A stretch of 37,889 nt of DNA from a virus (taxonomy: Duplodnaviria; Caudoviricetes), in IMG/VR virus record IMGVR_UViG_3300033076_000254, positions 1 through 37,889 of that record. The stretch is one strand, 5' to 3'. The notes under the pieces were generated by a model, which saw only the letters and a list, made by a program, of their open reading frames with translations, ran no database searches and was not told the origin of the DNA. Below, in pieces: positions 26,540 to 36,829 of this stretch. The translations under genes were made by a program, and so were the position numbers. The stretch's first letter is position 1. Every line of letters begins with the position of its first letter.

Positions 26540-27361
26540 CTAAAAAATTTTTTTATATGTCGATGGTTGGAAAGGATTGAATCCATACAAGTCAAGACCT
26601 TGTTGTCTTAACGCTCTTAGATTGTCTCCACTTTGCTTGCCCATAAAATCTTGGTATTGGAATCTGTTCATTGAACCAACCTTGCTATAATCAACACCAC
26701 CAACAGTGCCCAACCCTGCAACCTTTTGTTGCAATTGTTCAGGAGTTAATCCTTGTTGATTTGCCGCCATGTTTTCCATACGACCAAACTGACGAGCACC
26801 TGCAGACTTTTCATATAACGGAGCAAAACTTGCAAGCTGACCTGCCATGCTTGTAACGCCTTGGAATCCTTGTTGAGTAGCTTGTGCTCCTAATTCAGCC
26901 GCATTTGCTGCAGCTAATTGAGCACCTGCAGTTTCTTCTAAATCTAACTGCAATCCAATATCTCTAAGACGACCTTCTTCTTGTGCACTTAATTTTTCAA
27001 GACCTGCTAATTCTTGACCCATTGCGGTTCTGATTCCTGCCTGTCCTTCTTGCTGTGCTAATTGAACACGACCTGCTGTTGCTGCCGCTCCTCTTTCGCT
27101 CTCTACACCTGCTTGAATAGCCTGAGCTCCTTGAGACAATAACGCCTCACGCTCTAACTCATAAGGTTCTTTTTGAATACCTAACTTGTCATATACGTTT
27201 ACTTCAAGTTTTTTTCTTGCCTCTTGCATAGCCTCAGCCGCATCACGCTCAGCGTTACGCTGTGCTTGTTGTTGCTTGCCTGCTTGGACAAAAGACATTG
27301 TGGTTGAAGCTGCTGTTGCCGCTAAACCAACTCCTGCTGCGATTGTAGTAAATGCTGCCAT
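26540..27361 (-). CDS. Putative DNA pilot/ejection protein (273 aa)
   Basis: Hydrophobic Ala/Gly N-terminus followed by a Gln/Ala coiled coil, typical of podovirus small ejection proteins. Confidence 0.65.
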   Translation of the reverse strand: MAAFTTIAAGVGLAATAASTTMSFVQAGKQQQAQRNAERDAAEAMQEARKKLEVNVYDKLGIQKEPYELEREALLSQGAQAIQAGVESERGAAATAGRVQLAQQEGQAGIRTAMGQELAGLEKLSAQEEGRLRDIGLQLDLEETAGAQLAAANAAELGAQATQQGFQGVTSMAGQLASFAPLYEKSAGARQFGRMENMAANQQGLTPEQLQQKVAGLGTVGGVDYSKVGSMNRFQYQDFMGKQSGDNLRALRQQGLDLYGFNPFQPSTYKKIF

Positions 27362-27362
27362 G

Positions 27363-27773
27363 TTATAAAACTTTTATCATTTCGCCTGTATAAGAATCAC
27401 CCTTGATATAACCAAGGTCTTCGTACATTCCTATAAGACTTTCGTTTTTGATTAATGCGTAACTATATTTACTTCCTGATTTTTTACAAATCTCTGTCAA
27501 CGCTGACACCAATAACTTAATGGCGTCTTTTCTTTGTGGTTTCTTGGTATATTCCTTGTTTGATATTATCCAATCTACCCACGATACTTTGGAATTTGTA
27601 ACATACATGAACCCGGCACATACAGGTGTTTCCTCATCGTAGATGATTATACCACCCTTACCATTGTTGGGAAGAAAGTCTCTTTGCGGAGGCGTCCATC
27701 CCCACTGATTCCACCATCCTACGAGAATTTCATCGTAATCGGTTTCGTTCAGTTCTCGTATAATTAATTCCAT
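27363..27773 (-). CDS. GNAT-like protein (136 aa)
   Basis: IRELNETDY start, PVCAGF, WIISN, YEDLGY. Occupies the slot between tail and ejection genes, as in many podoviruses. Confidence 0.55.
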   Translation of the reverse strand: MELIIRELNETDYDEILVGWWNQWGWTPPQRDFLPNNGKGGIIIYDEETPVCAGFMYVTNSKVSWVDWIISNKEYTKKPQRKDAIKLLVSALTEICKKSGSKYSYALIKNESLIGMYEDLGYIKGDSYTGEMIKVL

Positions 27774-27780
27774 AGTCTTA

Positions 27781-27788
27781 CAAAGATA
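27781..27788 (-). promoter_or_regulatory. -7 box TATCTTTG ahead of the GNAT/ejection genes
   Basis: Reverse complement of caaagata, only 7 nt before the ATG, so the transcript may be leaderless or nearly so. Confidence 0.45.
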
Positions 27789-27794
27789 TTAAAT

Positions 27795-28598
27795 TTAGGG
27801 AAAACTTTTCATAACCTCTGTCTGTACTGCAAACAATTCTATTTTACTATTAGACGTATTTTCTATATTGAATGTACAATAGTGTCCGAGCACGCCATGA
27901 GACTCAGCTACGGAGTTTTTAACGTACAAGAAGAACGCATCTTGAATAGGTATTGGAGTAGTTCCCGGTATAGTAGTATTGATTGTAAGTTGGTTTATGT
28001 TATTCACTAAATCAACCGTAATTGCTGTTACCTTACCGCAAAGTACAGGAGTGGTATAAGGAGGTAATGAGAAGTATAACAGGTCGCCAATGCTAATGAT
28101 ACTGCCGATTGATATAGTTGGAGCAAACTTAACCACGTTACCTCCGGTAACTTGATTGCTTTTACCTATACCATTCACACTTCTTAAAGCAAACTCGCCT
28201 ATTGAATTGTTCCTTACAAACGCAAAGAATGCTGCTTCTTTTTTCTCAAACCAATTCTCCTCTATATATCCTGAGTATTGCAAGTCAGTCTCTAATGTAA
28301 CACCCCATTTAGCATCTCCTTCTAAATTGATGGTCTTAAATAGTTTGTTCTCAAGAGGTGCTGTATTGAATACACTCTGCAATGTCGTGGGCGTAAATGC
28401 CCCTGCGGGGTCGCCTATCTTAGCAAACCATGGCTCATAAAAAGTATTACGACTTGAGTTTACATTGTGTCTGTATAGGTCTCCTCCTTTAAATGTATAG
28501 AAATAATTGTTCATCCCTATCATCCAATCGGGGTAATAAGAGTAGAAGGACACCCATCCTCCAACCATATCGCTAAACGACAATGTATAATTTGCCAT
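27795..28598 (-). CDS. Tail protein resembling the C-terminal part of tail stabilization/nozzle proteins (267 aa)
   Basis: TLSFSDMVGGWVSFYSYYPDWMIGMNNYFYTFKGGDLYRH...KLFKTINLEG...GVLGHY...ELFAV. Confidence 0.6.
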   Translation of the reverse strand: MANYTLSFSDMVGGWVSFYSYYPDWMIGMNNYFYTFKGGDLYRHNVNSSRNTFYEPWFAKIGDPAGAFTPTTLQSVFNTAPLENKLFKTINLEGDAKWGVTLETDLQYSGYIEENWFEKKEAAFFAFVRNNSIGEFALRSVNGIGKSNQVTGGNVVKFAPTISIGSIISIGDLLYFSLPPYTTPVLCGKVTAITVDLVNNINQLTINTTIPGTTPIPIQDAFFLYVKNSVAESHGVLGHYCTFNIENTSNSKIELFAVQTEVMKSFP

Positions 28599-28609
28599 AT
28601 TTATTTATT

Positions 28610-29227
28610 TTATACACAGCCCACGTCACAACGTGTAACTGAATTTAATGTTAATATTGTTCCTAAATCTGCATTAGTCACCGTATATACTGCTGTAAAT
28701 ATACTTGCAATTCCATTTTCTACACAAGAAGCATCATCTATTATACCAACACAATAAGCATTTGCAGATGTATTTAATCCTAAATCACATTGATTACATA
28801 CTACTTGAACGTTAATTGTATCCCCTTCATATACTGTAATATTGCCGCTTGCGTCATAATTTCGGCTTTCAGCAATAGACCCATTTATATATAAATCCAT
28901 TGTACCTACTGCAAAATTTGTAGAAGTATAGCTCCACGCTAATATAGCTGAAGTACCACCACTACAAGCAGCTTGACAGGCTTCTAATGTAGCATAAGTT
29001 CCCGTTCCATCACCCGGGTCAACGCACTCTCCTGTAACACAATTATACGTAGCACAAGACGGACAAGTTTGCTGAGGTAATAATACTCCTCCTACTTGCT
29101 CTCTAACAATGACACCATTTGAGTAGAACCCATCAGGAGCAAGGGTCGTCAATCCCTCGTTCGTGAATACTGACGTAGCCGAACCGAGGGATGGAGCATT
29201 TAAATAATATGAAGCAGTTGTTGCCAT
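28610..29227 (-). CDS. Cys-rich virion surface/tail accessory protein (205 aa)
   Basis: LAPDGFYSNG..VREQVGG module, a Cys-rich repeat shared with the 1614-aa protein, and a beta-rich C-terminal part. Confidence 0.65.
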   Translation of the reverse strand: MATTASYYLNAPSLGSATSVFTNEGLTTLAPDGFYSNGVIVREQVGGVLLPQQTCPSCATYNCVTGECVDPGDGTGTYATLEACQAACSGGTSAILAWSYTSTNFAVGTMDLYINGSIAESRNYDASGNITVYEGDTINVQVVCNQCDLGLNTSANAYCVGIIDDASCVENGIASIFTAVYTVTNADLGTILTLNSVTRCDVGCV

Positions 29228-29237
29228 TTATTTATTT

Positions 29238-32200
29238 TTAAGTTGTACATATTGGTAACATAGACCAAAATGATTGGTGAGTTAATGAAGTGCTTGATGT
29301 CGCTATCACGGTACCACCTGAGTCTCTCAACTGAAGTGTAAAGTACACAGGAGTTGCAGAGCCACTTGGTTCGTAATAAGTTATCTGACCAAATGAAGGG
29401 TCTGATTGTGATATAGTAACCGTTGCAGAAGAAGACGGAGTATCTGTCTGTACAGTTATATAAGAACCTGCCGGAGCATTTGATGTGTTAATTCTATATC
29501 TAACTGTGCAAGCTGCGTTATCATTGCAGTTATTCTCTCTACACTGAGGAGAGCCTAATGATATAGTTGCTACAGCACAATTAGCTTGACATTCTTCTAA
29601 TGTTGCATAAAGACCACTACCATTGCCCGGGTCTACACAGGTCCCATCTACACAATTGTATGATTCAACGGCAATGCTACAATTGCAGCAAACATCTTCT
29701 ATACTTACGTTTGAATAACACAATGTCACAGGAATAGCTTGTCTAAAATCCCAAATGAAATACAAATAGTTTTGAAGTGTTGGCACTGTGAACTCTGCAT
29801 AGTTATTTGTACCACTACCTTGGTTTGGCGTAGCTGTAGTAGCTAATCCCAACAAAGTATTCATATCTGTGGTATTGTTACCATAAAGCGTATTAGATGT
29901 ATGGTATTTAAACTCATCTTCAGCAGGGTTGAATACAAATGTATCCGTTGCAAACTGATTAGTAATTAAGCTAACTATACTTCCTGCAGGAGGGAATGCT
30001 CCTGAACCAATAGGTCCTGTAGTTACATTGTATCTTGACACAAGAGGAGAGGTAGTTCCTGACGCAAAAGTAACAGCACTTGACTGCAATGGAGAAACAA
30101 ATGCACCATCTACATATCTGTATTGAGTATGGATGGTTTCTCCTGAATCGTAATCATTAGTTAATACTATCTGAATAATAGTTAACTCTGCAGTTTGAGG
30201 ACAATCTGCAAGGATATTTAATATCATATCGCCTCTGTAATTTATTGTTACAGTTGCAGTCTCAACAGATACGTTGTCCTTGTTAAATGTTATTGTTCCG
30301 TCTGTAGATACGAATCCTGTTGTATCGGTTGTACCATCGTATTCAATTACTATTTCAAACTCACTACCTTCTGTTATTGAAGTCAAGCTATAGTTAATGT
30401 CAGTTAAACCAACAGTTGGTCCCAAATCAATGCAATACGTTGTAGACTTGGTCTCCTCTGCTATCGTAGATAATGTAAATGTCTGAGATATACCACACTC
30501 TAAACACTCAGGATTAGATGGCAATTCAATCTCATTACTTGATAACACATACTCATTCATGTATGGGTCAAATCCTCCGAGCTTCTGAGTATTAAATGCA
30601 GTATTAAACTCATCTCTAAACCATGTTCTCATGTTCATCTCAGAGATGACTTTTAGTTGGTCTTGAGCGTATGAATCTCCTCTTAATTGAATAACAGCAC
30701 CACGTTTTACGTCAGTAAAGAATCTGTCATATCCCCACTGAACATAACTTTCAGGATTAAAACTGATGCCATACTTCTCAGTACGAGCAATCTGCGTACC
30801 CAATACTTGAGGCACAGACGCAACTACACCTCCGCCTGTTGAGTCAGAGATTAAGTTCTTGTCAGCTAATACGTATGAAATCTTATCTTCTTGTAATACT
30901 AATACATCTGTCATACGACCATCCATGATATAGATGTCGCCAAATGATGGTTCACAAACCTTGTAGTTCAGTAAACCTAAGTTAAATTCATTTAGCTTAT
31001 TTACGTTTGACTCAGCACTATACACGCCACTATATGTGATGTCAGCAAATCTATCTGCCGCTTTATAATCTTGAGCAGACACACTTGTTACTCTATTACC
31101 AAAGTTGAATGAGTTACCCGTAATCGAATCTCTTATCTTATAACTCTCCGCTCCGTTTCCAAAAGCAAAGCAGTTAAAGAACTTTGTATCTACAATTGCA
31201 GAAATGCCTCCACTAATGTTTTGGTCTTGGATATTACCCAAGTGATTACCGTTAACAATAGGGAATGACATCTCATTCTCAAAGAACACATCAGGCAAAG
31301 CCTCACTTGGCTCTGTCTCAAATATGATAGTCTTGTCAGAACGGAATACAGTAAAGTTTACTTCTACATTTGAAGCACGAGCGTTAGGGTATCCAATACC
31401 TGTACAAGGCAATGTCCCTGTAACCATCAATTGTAATTGATTGGTACTTGTATTTCTGTAAAACTTATAATAATTAATACATAAATCATTTGGTATATCA
31501 CCTGCCGTGTTTGTTATTGTTGAAATAAACTGATTGTCGGGAATGCATTGCCCTGCTCCTGCATATCTCGTACCATCGTTCAAGAATTGCTCAATGTTAT
31601 CACCAATAAACCAATCATACATATTATCGTATGAGTTGCTTGATATAAGGGTCTTCTCTAAAGTATTGCGTCTTTCTTCACAACTATCTCCTACACCACT
31701 ACGCCATTGCTTTATGCTCATTACAATGCGGCTACCTGCAGGGATATTATAATCCACCCATGCAGATGTAGCTGTATCGTATCTATTCATTGGGTAGTAT
31801 AATACAGGATAGCCTCCACCTCTTGGAGCCGTCTCAGTAATCTTGCCCGGAGCAATAATAGCTAACTCATCCTGAACAATATTGAAGCTGTTTGGATTAA
31901 TCTTAGCGTAAACACCTGCAGGAATTGGTATCATCACCGTTGGGTCTAATGCACTTGGTATCTCTAAGAACCCTGCTGCTTGTGAAGTCTTCTCAAGAAT
32001 GGTTGCGTACACACAAGATGTAGTTGCACCATTTGAATCAGCCTTTACAATAAGTCTATCCCCTGCTTCAACTTTACGTGCATTCTCTCCTTCAAGTAAG
32101 AAGTATGCATTGTTTGTTACAGGGTCTTGGAAGAATATACTTACATAAATTGTTTCATAGTTTTCTTCGTCCGGCTTAATAACAAACTTATATCTTGTCG

Positions 32201-34082
32201 CCCAATATGGAGGTAATTGTGTTGGCGGTATTGTGACCTGAATTGAGTTCTTGAACGCTGATAAACCACACGGCACGTGTTCCGTATTATTAGGACTCAC
32301 AAGTGCAGTTGTCGCTCTATTGAAGTCATCCATGTACACAATACCAATTTCGTAATCTCTATTGCTATGCAAACTTTGAGGGTTTGCTATCTCTTGGAAT
32401 GTTGCTTCTGCTAACGTTATGGCATAGTATTCATATACGGTTTGAGTAGGGCTAACTAAGCTATCTACATATCTCATAGCAGGGAATTGTAAACCAATTA
32501 CACTGCTACCGGGACTTGTGATAATCCCTACAGGCTGACCAACTGTACTAATGCCGCTTCCGTTCTTTGTAAATGCATCTAAGTTATTTGGTACAGCACA
32601 ATTGAATGCATCAGTAAATGTGGTTCCATTACAAGCATTAGCTACGGTCTGAATATTTGCTGCGGTACCTACTGCATTTTGAAACTCTACGCTTGTCGCC
32701 AACTGATACACAGACGTGTAATTTGTTGACAAAAAGAATGCAAAGTTTAATCTAACATCATTGGCTGTTTCAGTAGGGAATGGGGTCTGACCTGTAAATT
32801 GAGAGTGAGATATTGTCACCTCTAAATTAATTGCAGAACCTGCTACTAAATTTTGCCCCGTTAAATCAAATGTAACGACAGCATTTGTAACTGTTACGCT
32901 ACCATTGATTGAATAGTTTCCTGAAGTGGTCCCATCATCAATGTTCGTATTACCAATTGGAGTCGATACCAAAGAAGTAGTATATTCAAATTTAACAGGA
33001 TTGCCATTTTCGTCAACCAAGTTATATCCTTCTACATAGTTACCATACATCAATCTATTACCCATGATTGTCTGAGCCTTTGCAAATCGAGGTACGTTGT
33101 CGTACAATCTTAATAGCTCAGCCTCAGAAAGAATGGTAAATATCTTGCTGTTTGTAAATGTATATTGATACTCTGTATTGTTTGCAAGACCTAAATTATG
33201 CTTATCAAGTTTTTCAATAACCTTAATAATATTCCCATCAGCCTTTTTAAATAATAAATCAAGACCAACTACAAGTGGACCACCTGAGTTGTAAGTAATG
33301 ACTGCTGAGTTACAGAAGTTAGTCATCCCCTCATTCAAAAAACTTTCAATGCTAAAGCTGAAAGGATTTGGAACGAATGCAGGTTGAGACCATTGAGACG
33401 TAGCACTATACTCTCCATCAATGTATCTATATCTGTAAGCAAAGCAAATAAATCTTGTATCCAAAAAGTTCTCTTGACCATTTGTTACAATAGGCTGTAC
33501 TTTTGGAGATTCAACCGGTGGCTTCTTTATCACAAGCAAAGACTCTGCTGTGATTTGGTCCACGTTAGCTATTGGGTTAGGATAGTTTCTTTTTACGTTA
33601 ATGCATCTTGGTGCATTATAATCATCCGTAAAAAAGAACAGCTCATTTAAAATATCAATACCCGTAACTAAATAGTTCGGGTTAAAATTAAGTGTTGTAT
33701 TTACACCACTACCATCGTCAATACTGATAATATGGTAGGTTAATATATTAGTTGAAACATTAAAAGAAACAATCATGTCAAGTTTCCCTGTAGCACCTAC
33801 AGAAAAATTTGGGTCGTGCACAAGCCAATAGATGGTCTCAGTAGCACTGTTTTGCAATGCTCCAATACATCTTGCTTCTGCACTAAGTGGAGTCCCATCA
33901 ATATAAGCTAATGACGTAAGAGGAAGATTCCCCTTCGTATTCTCAATTACTCCAACTTCTGAGTTCTCAGTAGAACCCATTCTGATATTCATAGCATCTA
34001 CATATTCACCCTCAGGAAGTAAACGTTGGTCTACAACCTTGTTCATCCTGCCTGCTATAAAGTTTCTTGTAAAATTTGCCAT
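29238..34082 (-). CDS. Tail stabilization/nozzle (tail tubular B-like) protein (1614 aa)
   Basis: NFIAGRMNKVVDQRLLPEGEYVDAMNIR start, FFTDDYNAPRCIN, FAYRYRYIDGEYSA, GNRLMYGNYVEGY, YGISFNPES, FTDVKRGAV. Beta-rich. Confidence 0.7.
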   Translation of the reverse strand: MANFTRNFIAGRMNKVVDQRLLPEGEYVDAMNIRMGSTENSEVGVIENTKGNLPLTSLAYIDGTPLSAEARCIGALQNSATETIYWLVHDPNFSVGATGKLDMIVSFNVSTNILTYHIISIDDGSGVNTTLNFNPNYLVTGIDILNELFFFTDDYNAPRCINVKRNYPNPIANVDQITAESLLVIKKPPVESPKVQPIVTNGQENFLDTRFICFAYRYRYIDGEYSATSQWSQPAFVPNPFSFSIESFLNEGMTNFCNSAVITYNSGGPLVVGLDLLFKKADGNIIKVIEKLDKHNLGLANNTEYQYTFTNSKIFTILSEAELLRLYDNVPRFAKAQTIMGNRLMYGNYVEGYNLVDENGNPVKFEYTTSLVSTPIGNTNIDDGTTSGNYSINGSVTVTNAVVTFDLTGQNLVAGSAINLEVTISHSQFTGQTPFPTETANDVRLNFAFFLSTNYTSVYQLATSVEFQNAVGTAANIQTVANACNGTTFTDAFNCAVPNNLDAFTKNGSGISTVGQPVGIITSPGSSVIGLQFPAMRYVDSLVSPTQTVYEYYAITLAEATFQEIANPQSLHSNRDYEIGIVYMDDFNRATTALVSPNNTEHVPCGLSAFKNSIQVTIPPTQLPPYWATRYKFVIKPDEENYETIYVSIFFQDPVTNNAYFLLEGENARKVEAGDRLIVKADSNGATTSCVYATILEKTSQAAGFLEIPSALDPTVMIPIPAGVYAKINPNSFNIVQDELAIIAPGKITETAPRGGGYPVLYYPMNRYDTATSAWVDYNIPAGSRIVMSIKQWRSGVGDSCEERRNTLEKTLISSNSYDNMYDWFIGDNIEQFLNDGTRYAGAGQCIPDNQFISTITNTAGDIPNDLCINYYKFYRNTSTNQLQLMVTGTLPCTGIGYPNARASNVEVNFTVFRSDKTIIFETEPSEALPDVFFENEMSFPIVNGNHLGNIQDQNISGGISAIVDTKFFNCFAFGNGAESYKIRDSITGNSFNFGNRVTSVSAQDYKAADRFADITYSGVYSAESNVNKLNEFNLGLLNYKVCEPSFGDIYIMDGRMTDVLVLQEDKISYVLADKNLISDSTGGGVVASVPQVLGTQIARTEKYGISFNPESYVQWGYDRFFTDVKRGAVIQLRGDSYAQDQLKVISEMNMRTWFRDEFNTAFNTQKLGGFDPYMNEYVLSSNEIELPSNPECLECGISQTFTLSTIAEETKSTTYCIDLGPTVGLTDINYSLTSITEGSEFEIVIEYDGTTDTTGFVSTDGTITFNKDNVSVETATVTINYRGDMILNILADCPQTAELTIIQIVLTNDYDSGETIHTQYRYVDGAFVSPLQSSAVTFASGTTSPLVSRYNVTTGPIGSGAFPPAGSIVSLITNQFATDTFVFNPAEDEFKYHTSNTLYGNNTTDMNTLLGLATTATPNQGSGTNNYAEFTVPTLQNYLYFIWDFRQAIPVTLCYSNVSIEDVCCNCSIAVESYNCVDGTCVDPGNGSGLYATLEECQANCAVATISLGSPQCRENNCNDNAACTVRYRINTSNAPAGSYITVQTDTPSSSATVTISQSDPSFGQITYYEPSGSATPVYFTLQLRDSGGTVIATSSTSLTHQSFWSMLPICTT

Positions 34083-34083
34083 T

Positions 34084-35007
34084 TTATTTTATTTGCTTGT
34101 CCATACCTCTTAAGTTCATTAAGAGTCTGCCGGGATGAATATTGCTGATTCTAATCTTTGCGTTTCTAAGCAATGCACTTTTCTCTTTACGAGCACGTGC
34201 AACAATGTATTCCTGCACGCCTAATTTAGAACTTAAAATGTCATATTGAATAGAAGCGTAAATATATTTTTCAAACAATTTATTTACCGTAATCAAAGAG
34301 TTATCCCCTTGCTCCATACCATCTGATATGTACTCAAGAATACAAGATAATCCTGACATACATGAGTCAAAGTTAATAACGCCCGCTTTGCGGTCTATAT
34401 TAAATGTTGGGTTAAAGTTTGCAGTCTCAGTATTTAATCCATACGCAGTACCGATATTGTAATCAAAATACCACATACCATCATAGTTCCAACCTAATTG
34501 ACCATTGAATTGATTTCCTTGATTTAAGTAAATGCTCTTCTTGGTCTTAGTCAATCTATCAAAGTCAATGTTTGAGTACTGAGGACTTAATGCATTGCCA
34601 TCTTGGTCGAATAATATACGACCCGTATTATCTTGTAAGTAAGCCTTTGATGAAAGCGTTTGAATATTCTCAGACAATGGACGTAACCATCCGTCTTTAT
34701 ATAATGATACACGAACCCAATTGACATAGTCAGAAGGGAGAATATATCTAAGCATATCAGGAACTGTTAATTCCAATACCTTAATTTCCTTGAATGCATC
34801 ATAGTTTAATTCTTGAATTGCACGCTTAGCATGGAACAATACTTTGAAACGCTCTTCATTATTGACTAATGAATGGTTTCCTGAATACATTAACAAGAAG
34901 TTATTTACAATATCTTCTAAACTAACATACTGATATGAGCCCCAATTAGCATCTTCGGGCTGTACTCCCCCGTTTTCATAATATTGATACTGTGATATAT
35001 ATGCCAT
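34084..35007 (-). CDS. Putative head-tail ring/adaptor protein (307 aa)
   Basis: Position between capsid and nozzle genes. HAKRAIQELNYD, LPSDYVNWVR, ILEYISDG. Confidence 0.6.
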   Translation of the reverse strand: MAYISQYQYYENGGVQPEDANWGSYQYVSLEDIVNNFLLMYSGNHSLVNNEERFKVLFHAKRAIQELNYDAFKEIKVLELTVPDMLRYILPSDYVNWVRVSLYKDGWLRPLSENIQTLSSKAYLQDNTGRILFDQDGNALSPQYSNIDFDRLTKTKKSIYLNQGNQFNGQLGWNYDGMWYFDYNIGTAYGLNTETANFNPTFNIDRKAGVINFDSCMSGLSCILEYISDGMEQGDNSLITVNKLFEKYIYASIQYDILSSKLGVQEYIVARARKEKSALLRNAKIRISNIHPGRLLMNLRGMDKQIK

Positions 35008-35019
35008 ATCTTAAAGGTT

Positions 35020-35973
35020 TTATTGTTGCATACTGAATGTAGGCTGTTCGTGTTGTTGTTGTGCTGAACCAAACTGAGATACTTCAATCTCACGGATAGA
35101 GATACCCGCATACTCAAGAATCTTAGTAACTAATTTGTACTCGTCTTCAGCAGGTAATTCAAAATCTTGGTAGTCAGGTTGAGATTGGTCAAATACCGGC
35201 TCGCCATTAGCAAGTGTAATATATGTCCACTTTGGCACTTTAGGATACCTAAAATAGGTCGCTTGAATCTGACCCTTGTTACTTATCGTTTCAGGATAGA
35301 AAGTTAATTCTGTGCCTTGTAATCCATAAACAGGGAACTCTATAGTTGGTTTTGTCAAGTTTGAATTAACCAATAATCTAAGTTTATCATTAGTTACCTT
35401 CTCGGCTTGAACAATTCTTGAAGAAGAAAATATCCCGTATGCATTACCTGCCGCTAAAAATATATTTGAATCCAATTGAATAGCTGTATTGCTAAGTACC
35501 AATGTCACTGTGGAAACTAATCCTGTTGTAAGATTAGTAACTACGTCCCCCGCACTTAATCCGTCAGCAAGGAATGTAGCTGTACTATCAACTAATTGAC
35601 CACTTACCACAGCCGTATTAGTCCCTGACTTTAACAGAACAGGCTTGCATTTCACATCCAATAACATATAAGCCTCATATCCTGTAGTCGTAAGACTTGG
35701 CATAGAGAATCTATTAGCTGAAACTTTTGATAAATAATCAGTGCGTAAGAAATACTCTAACACCTCAGCAATTGGTTGCTCGATGTCTGCGTATCCCACA
35801 CCTGACCCACGTGCGTTCTCAGCATTTATAACCTTGTTATAACTACTGAAGTACTCCTCAAAAATTTCCATCTGTGAGTTTTGGGCAAACAGATTGAAAT
35901 CAGAAGGAGAGATATATCCATAGTTATTCTTGTTCAGAATGGATAATACTGCATTTCTTACTGAGTTTATCAT
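35020..35973 (-). CDS. Putative ring/tail tubular A-like protein (317 aa; start re-assigned to MINSVRNAV)
   Basis: The upstream extension in the ORF track spans a terminator and a promoter. GYISPSDFNLFA, YFRYPKVPKW, QDFELP. Confidence 0.65.
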   Translation of the reverse strand: MINSVRNAVLSILNKNNYGYISPSDFNLFAQNSQMEIFEEYFSSYNKVINAENARGSGVGYADIEQPIAEVLEYFLRTDYLSKVSANRFSMPSLTTTGYEAYMLLDVKCKPVLLKSGTNTAVVSGQLVDSTATFLADGLSAGDVVTNLTTGLVSTVTLVLSNTAIQLDSNIFLAAGNAYGIFSSSRIVQAEKVTNDKLRLLVNSNLTKPTIEFPVYGLQGTELTFYPETISNKGQIQATYFRYPKVPKWTYITLANGEPVFDQSQPDYQDFELPAEDEYKLVTKILEYAGISIREIEVSQFGSAQQQHEQPTFSMQQ

Positions 35974-35987
35974 TAGTTCTTTTTTTA

Positions 35988-35995
35988 CAAATATA
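35988..35995 (-). promoter_or_regulatory. -7 box TATATTTG
   Basis: Reverse complement of caaatata, directly after a terminator and 14 nt before the ATG at 35973. Confidence 0.55.
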
Positions 35996-35998
35996 CAT

Positions 35999-36032
35999 AA
36001 AAAAAAAGAGGGCACAACAAGTGCCCATCTTT
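35999..36032 (-). terminator. Intrinsic terminator
   Basis: Minus strand reads aaagatgggcac-ttgtt-gtgccctc followed by T9. Confidence 0.75.
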
Positions 36033-36060
36033 CCAATCATCAATCAATAATCAATATCAA

Positions 36061-36804
36061 TTATCCTAAAGTTGCCTCTAACATCTTTAATGAATCAATA
36101 CCATCATCGCTCTGCAAGAAGTGAGCTACCATATCATATGGGTCTTCTCCAAACGGAACGGATAACATTTTCTTTTTGTTGGTAGCAGTATTAAACCACA
36201 CCTCTTTGTCCCCGTTTCTTAATATCAATAACTTGTTCTCGAAGAATAAACGAACCTTAGCTTGAAACTTCAATTCAGGGTCGTTTAAAATAGCCAAGAA
36301 CTCCTTAGGTTCTCTTTTAGCAAATACCAAAATGTCACGCTTTAACTCAGCGGTTGACACGGTAGATGGGTCTTTGCCAAACATTACTCTTGTAAGAGTT
36401 TCAATTTGGTCAAGACTTAATTGTTTAGCTTCTACTAAAGCCTCAATCTCTAAGTCTAAATCTTCAACCTCAGCAGCGGCATCTTTCTCTTTATCCACCT
36501 CAGCGAATACTACCCCGTTCAATGGATGGTAGTGTAAGAATTGCTGTAATACAGGGTTGTTTTTTGGAACACGTAAAAAGCCATCTTCAAAGATGATTGG
36601 CTCTATGATTGCGTTTCCGTCTTGCTCGTCTTCAAATGGAGACTTCTGATTCGTTGCATATCTCAATGCACGATTAACATTGTTCTTCTCGTCAAACCAC
36701 ATTAGTGGGAATCGAGGATGGTTTCTTGAAGCTAATGTATAGCTCAAAGGATTGCCTATTTTTAACTTGTAGACTTTGTCTACAGGTGTTGTACTTTTTG
36801 CCAT
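36061..36804 (-). CDS. Hypothetical protein downstream of the capsid gene (247 aa)
   Basis: Long ORF flanked by terminators. Confidence 0.8.
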   Translation of the reverse strand: MAKSTTPVDKVYKLKIGNPLSYTLASRNHPRFPLMWFDEKNNVNRALRYATNQKSPFEDEQDGNAIIEPIIFEDGFLRVPKNNPVLQQFLHYHPLNGVVFAEVDKEKDAAAEVEDLDLEIEALVEAKQLSLDQIETLTRVMFGKDPSTVSTAELKRDILVFAKREPKEFLAILNDPELKFQAKVRLFFENKLLILRNGDKEVWFNTATNKKKMLSVPFGEDPYDMVAHFLQSDDGIDSLKMLEATLG

Positions 36805-36829
36805 TTTGTATTTGATTTAATTAGATTTT

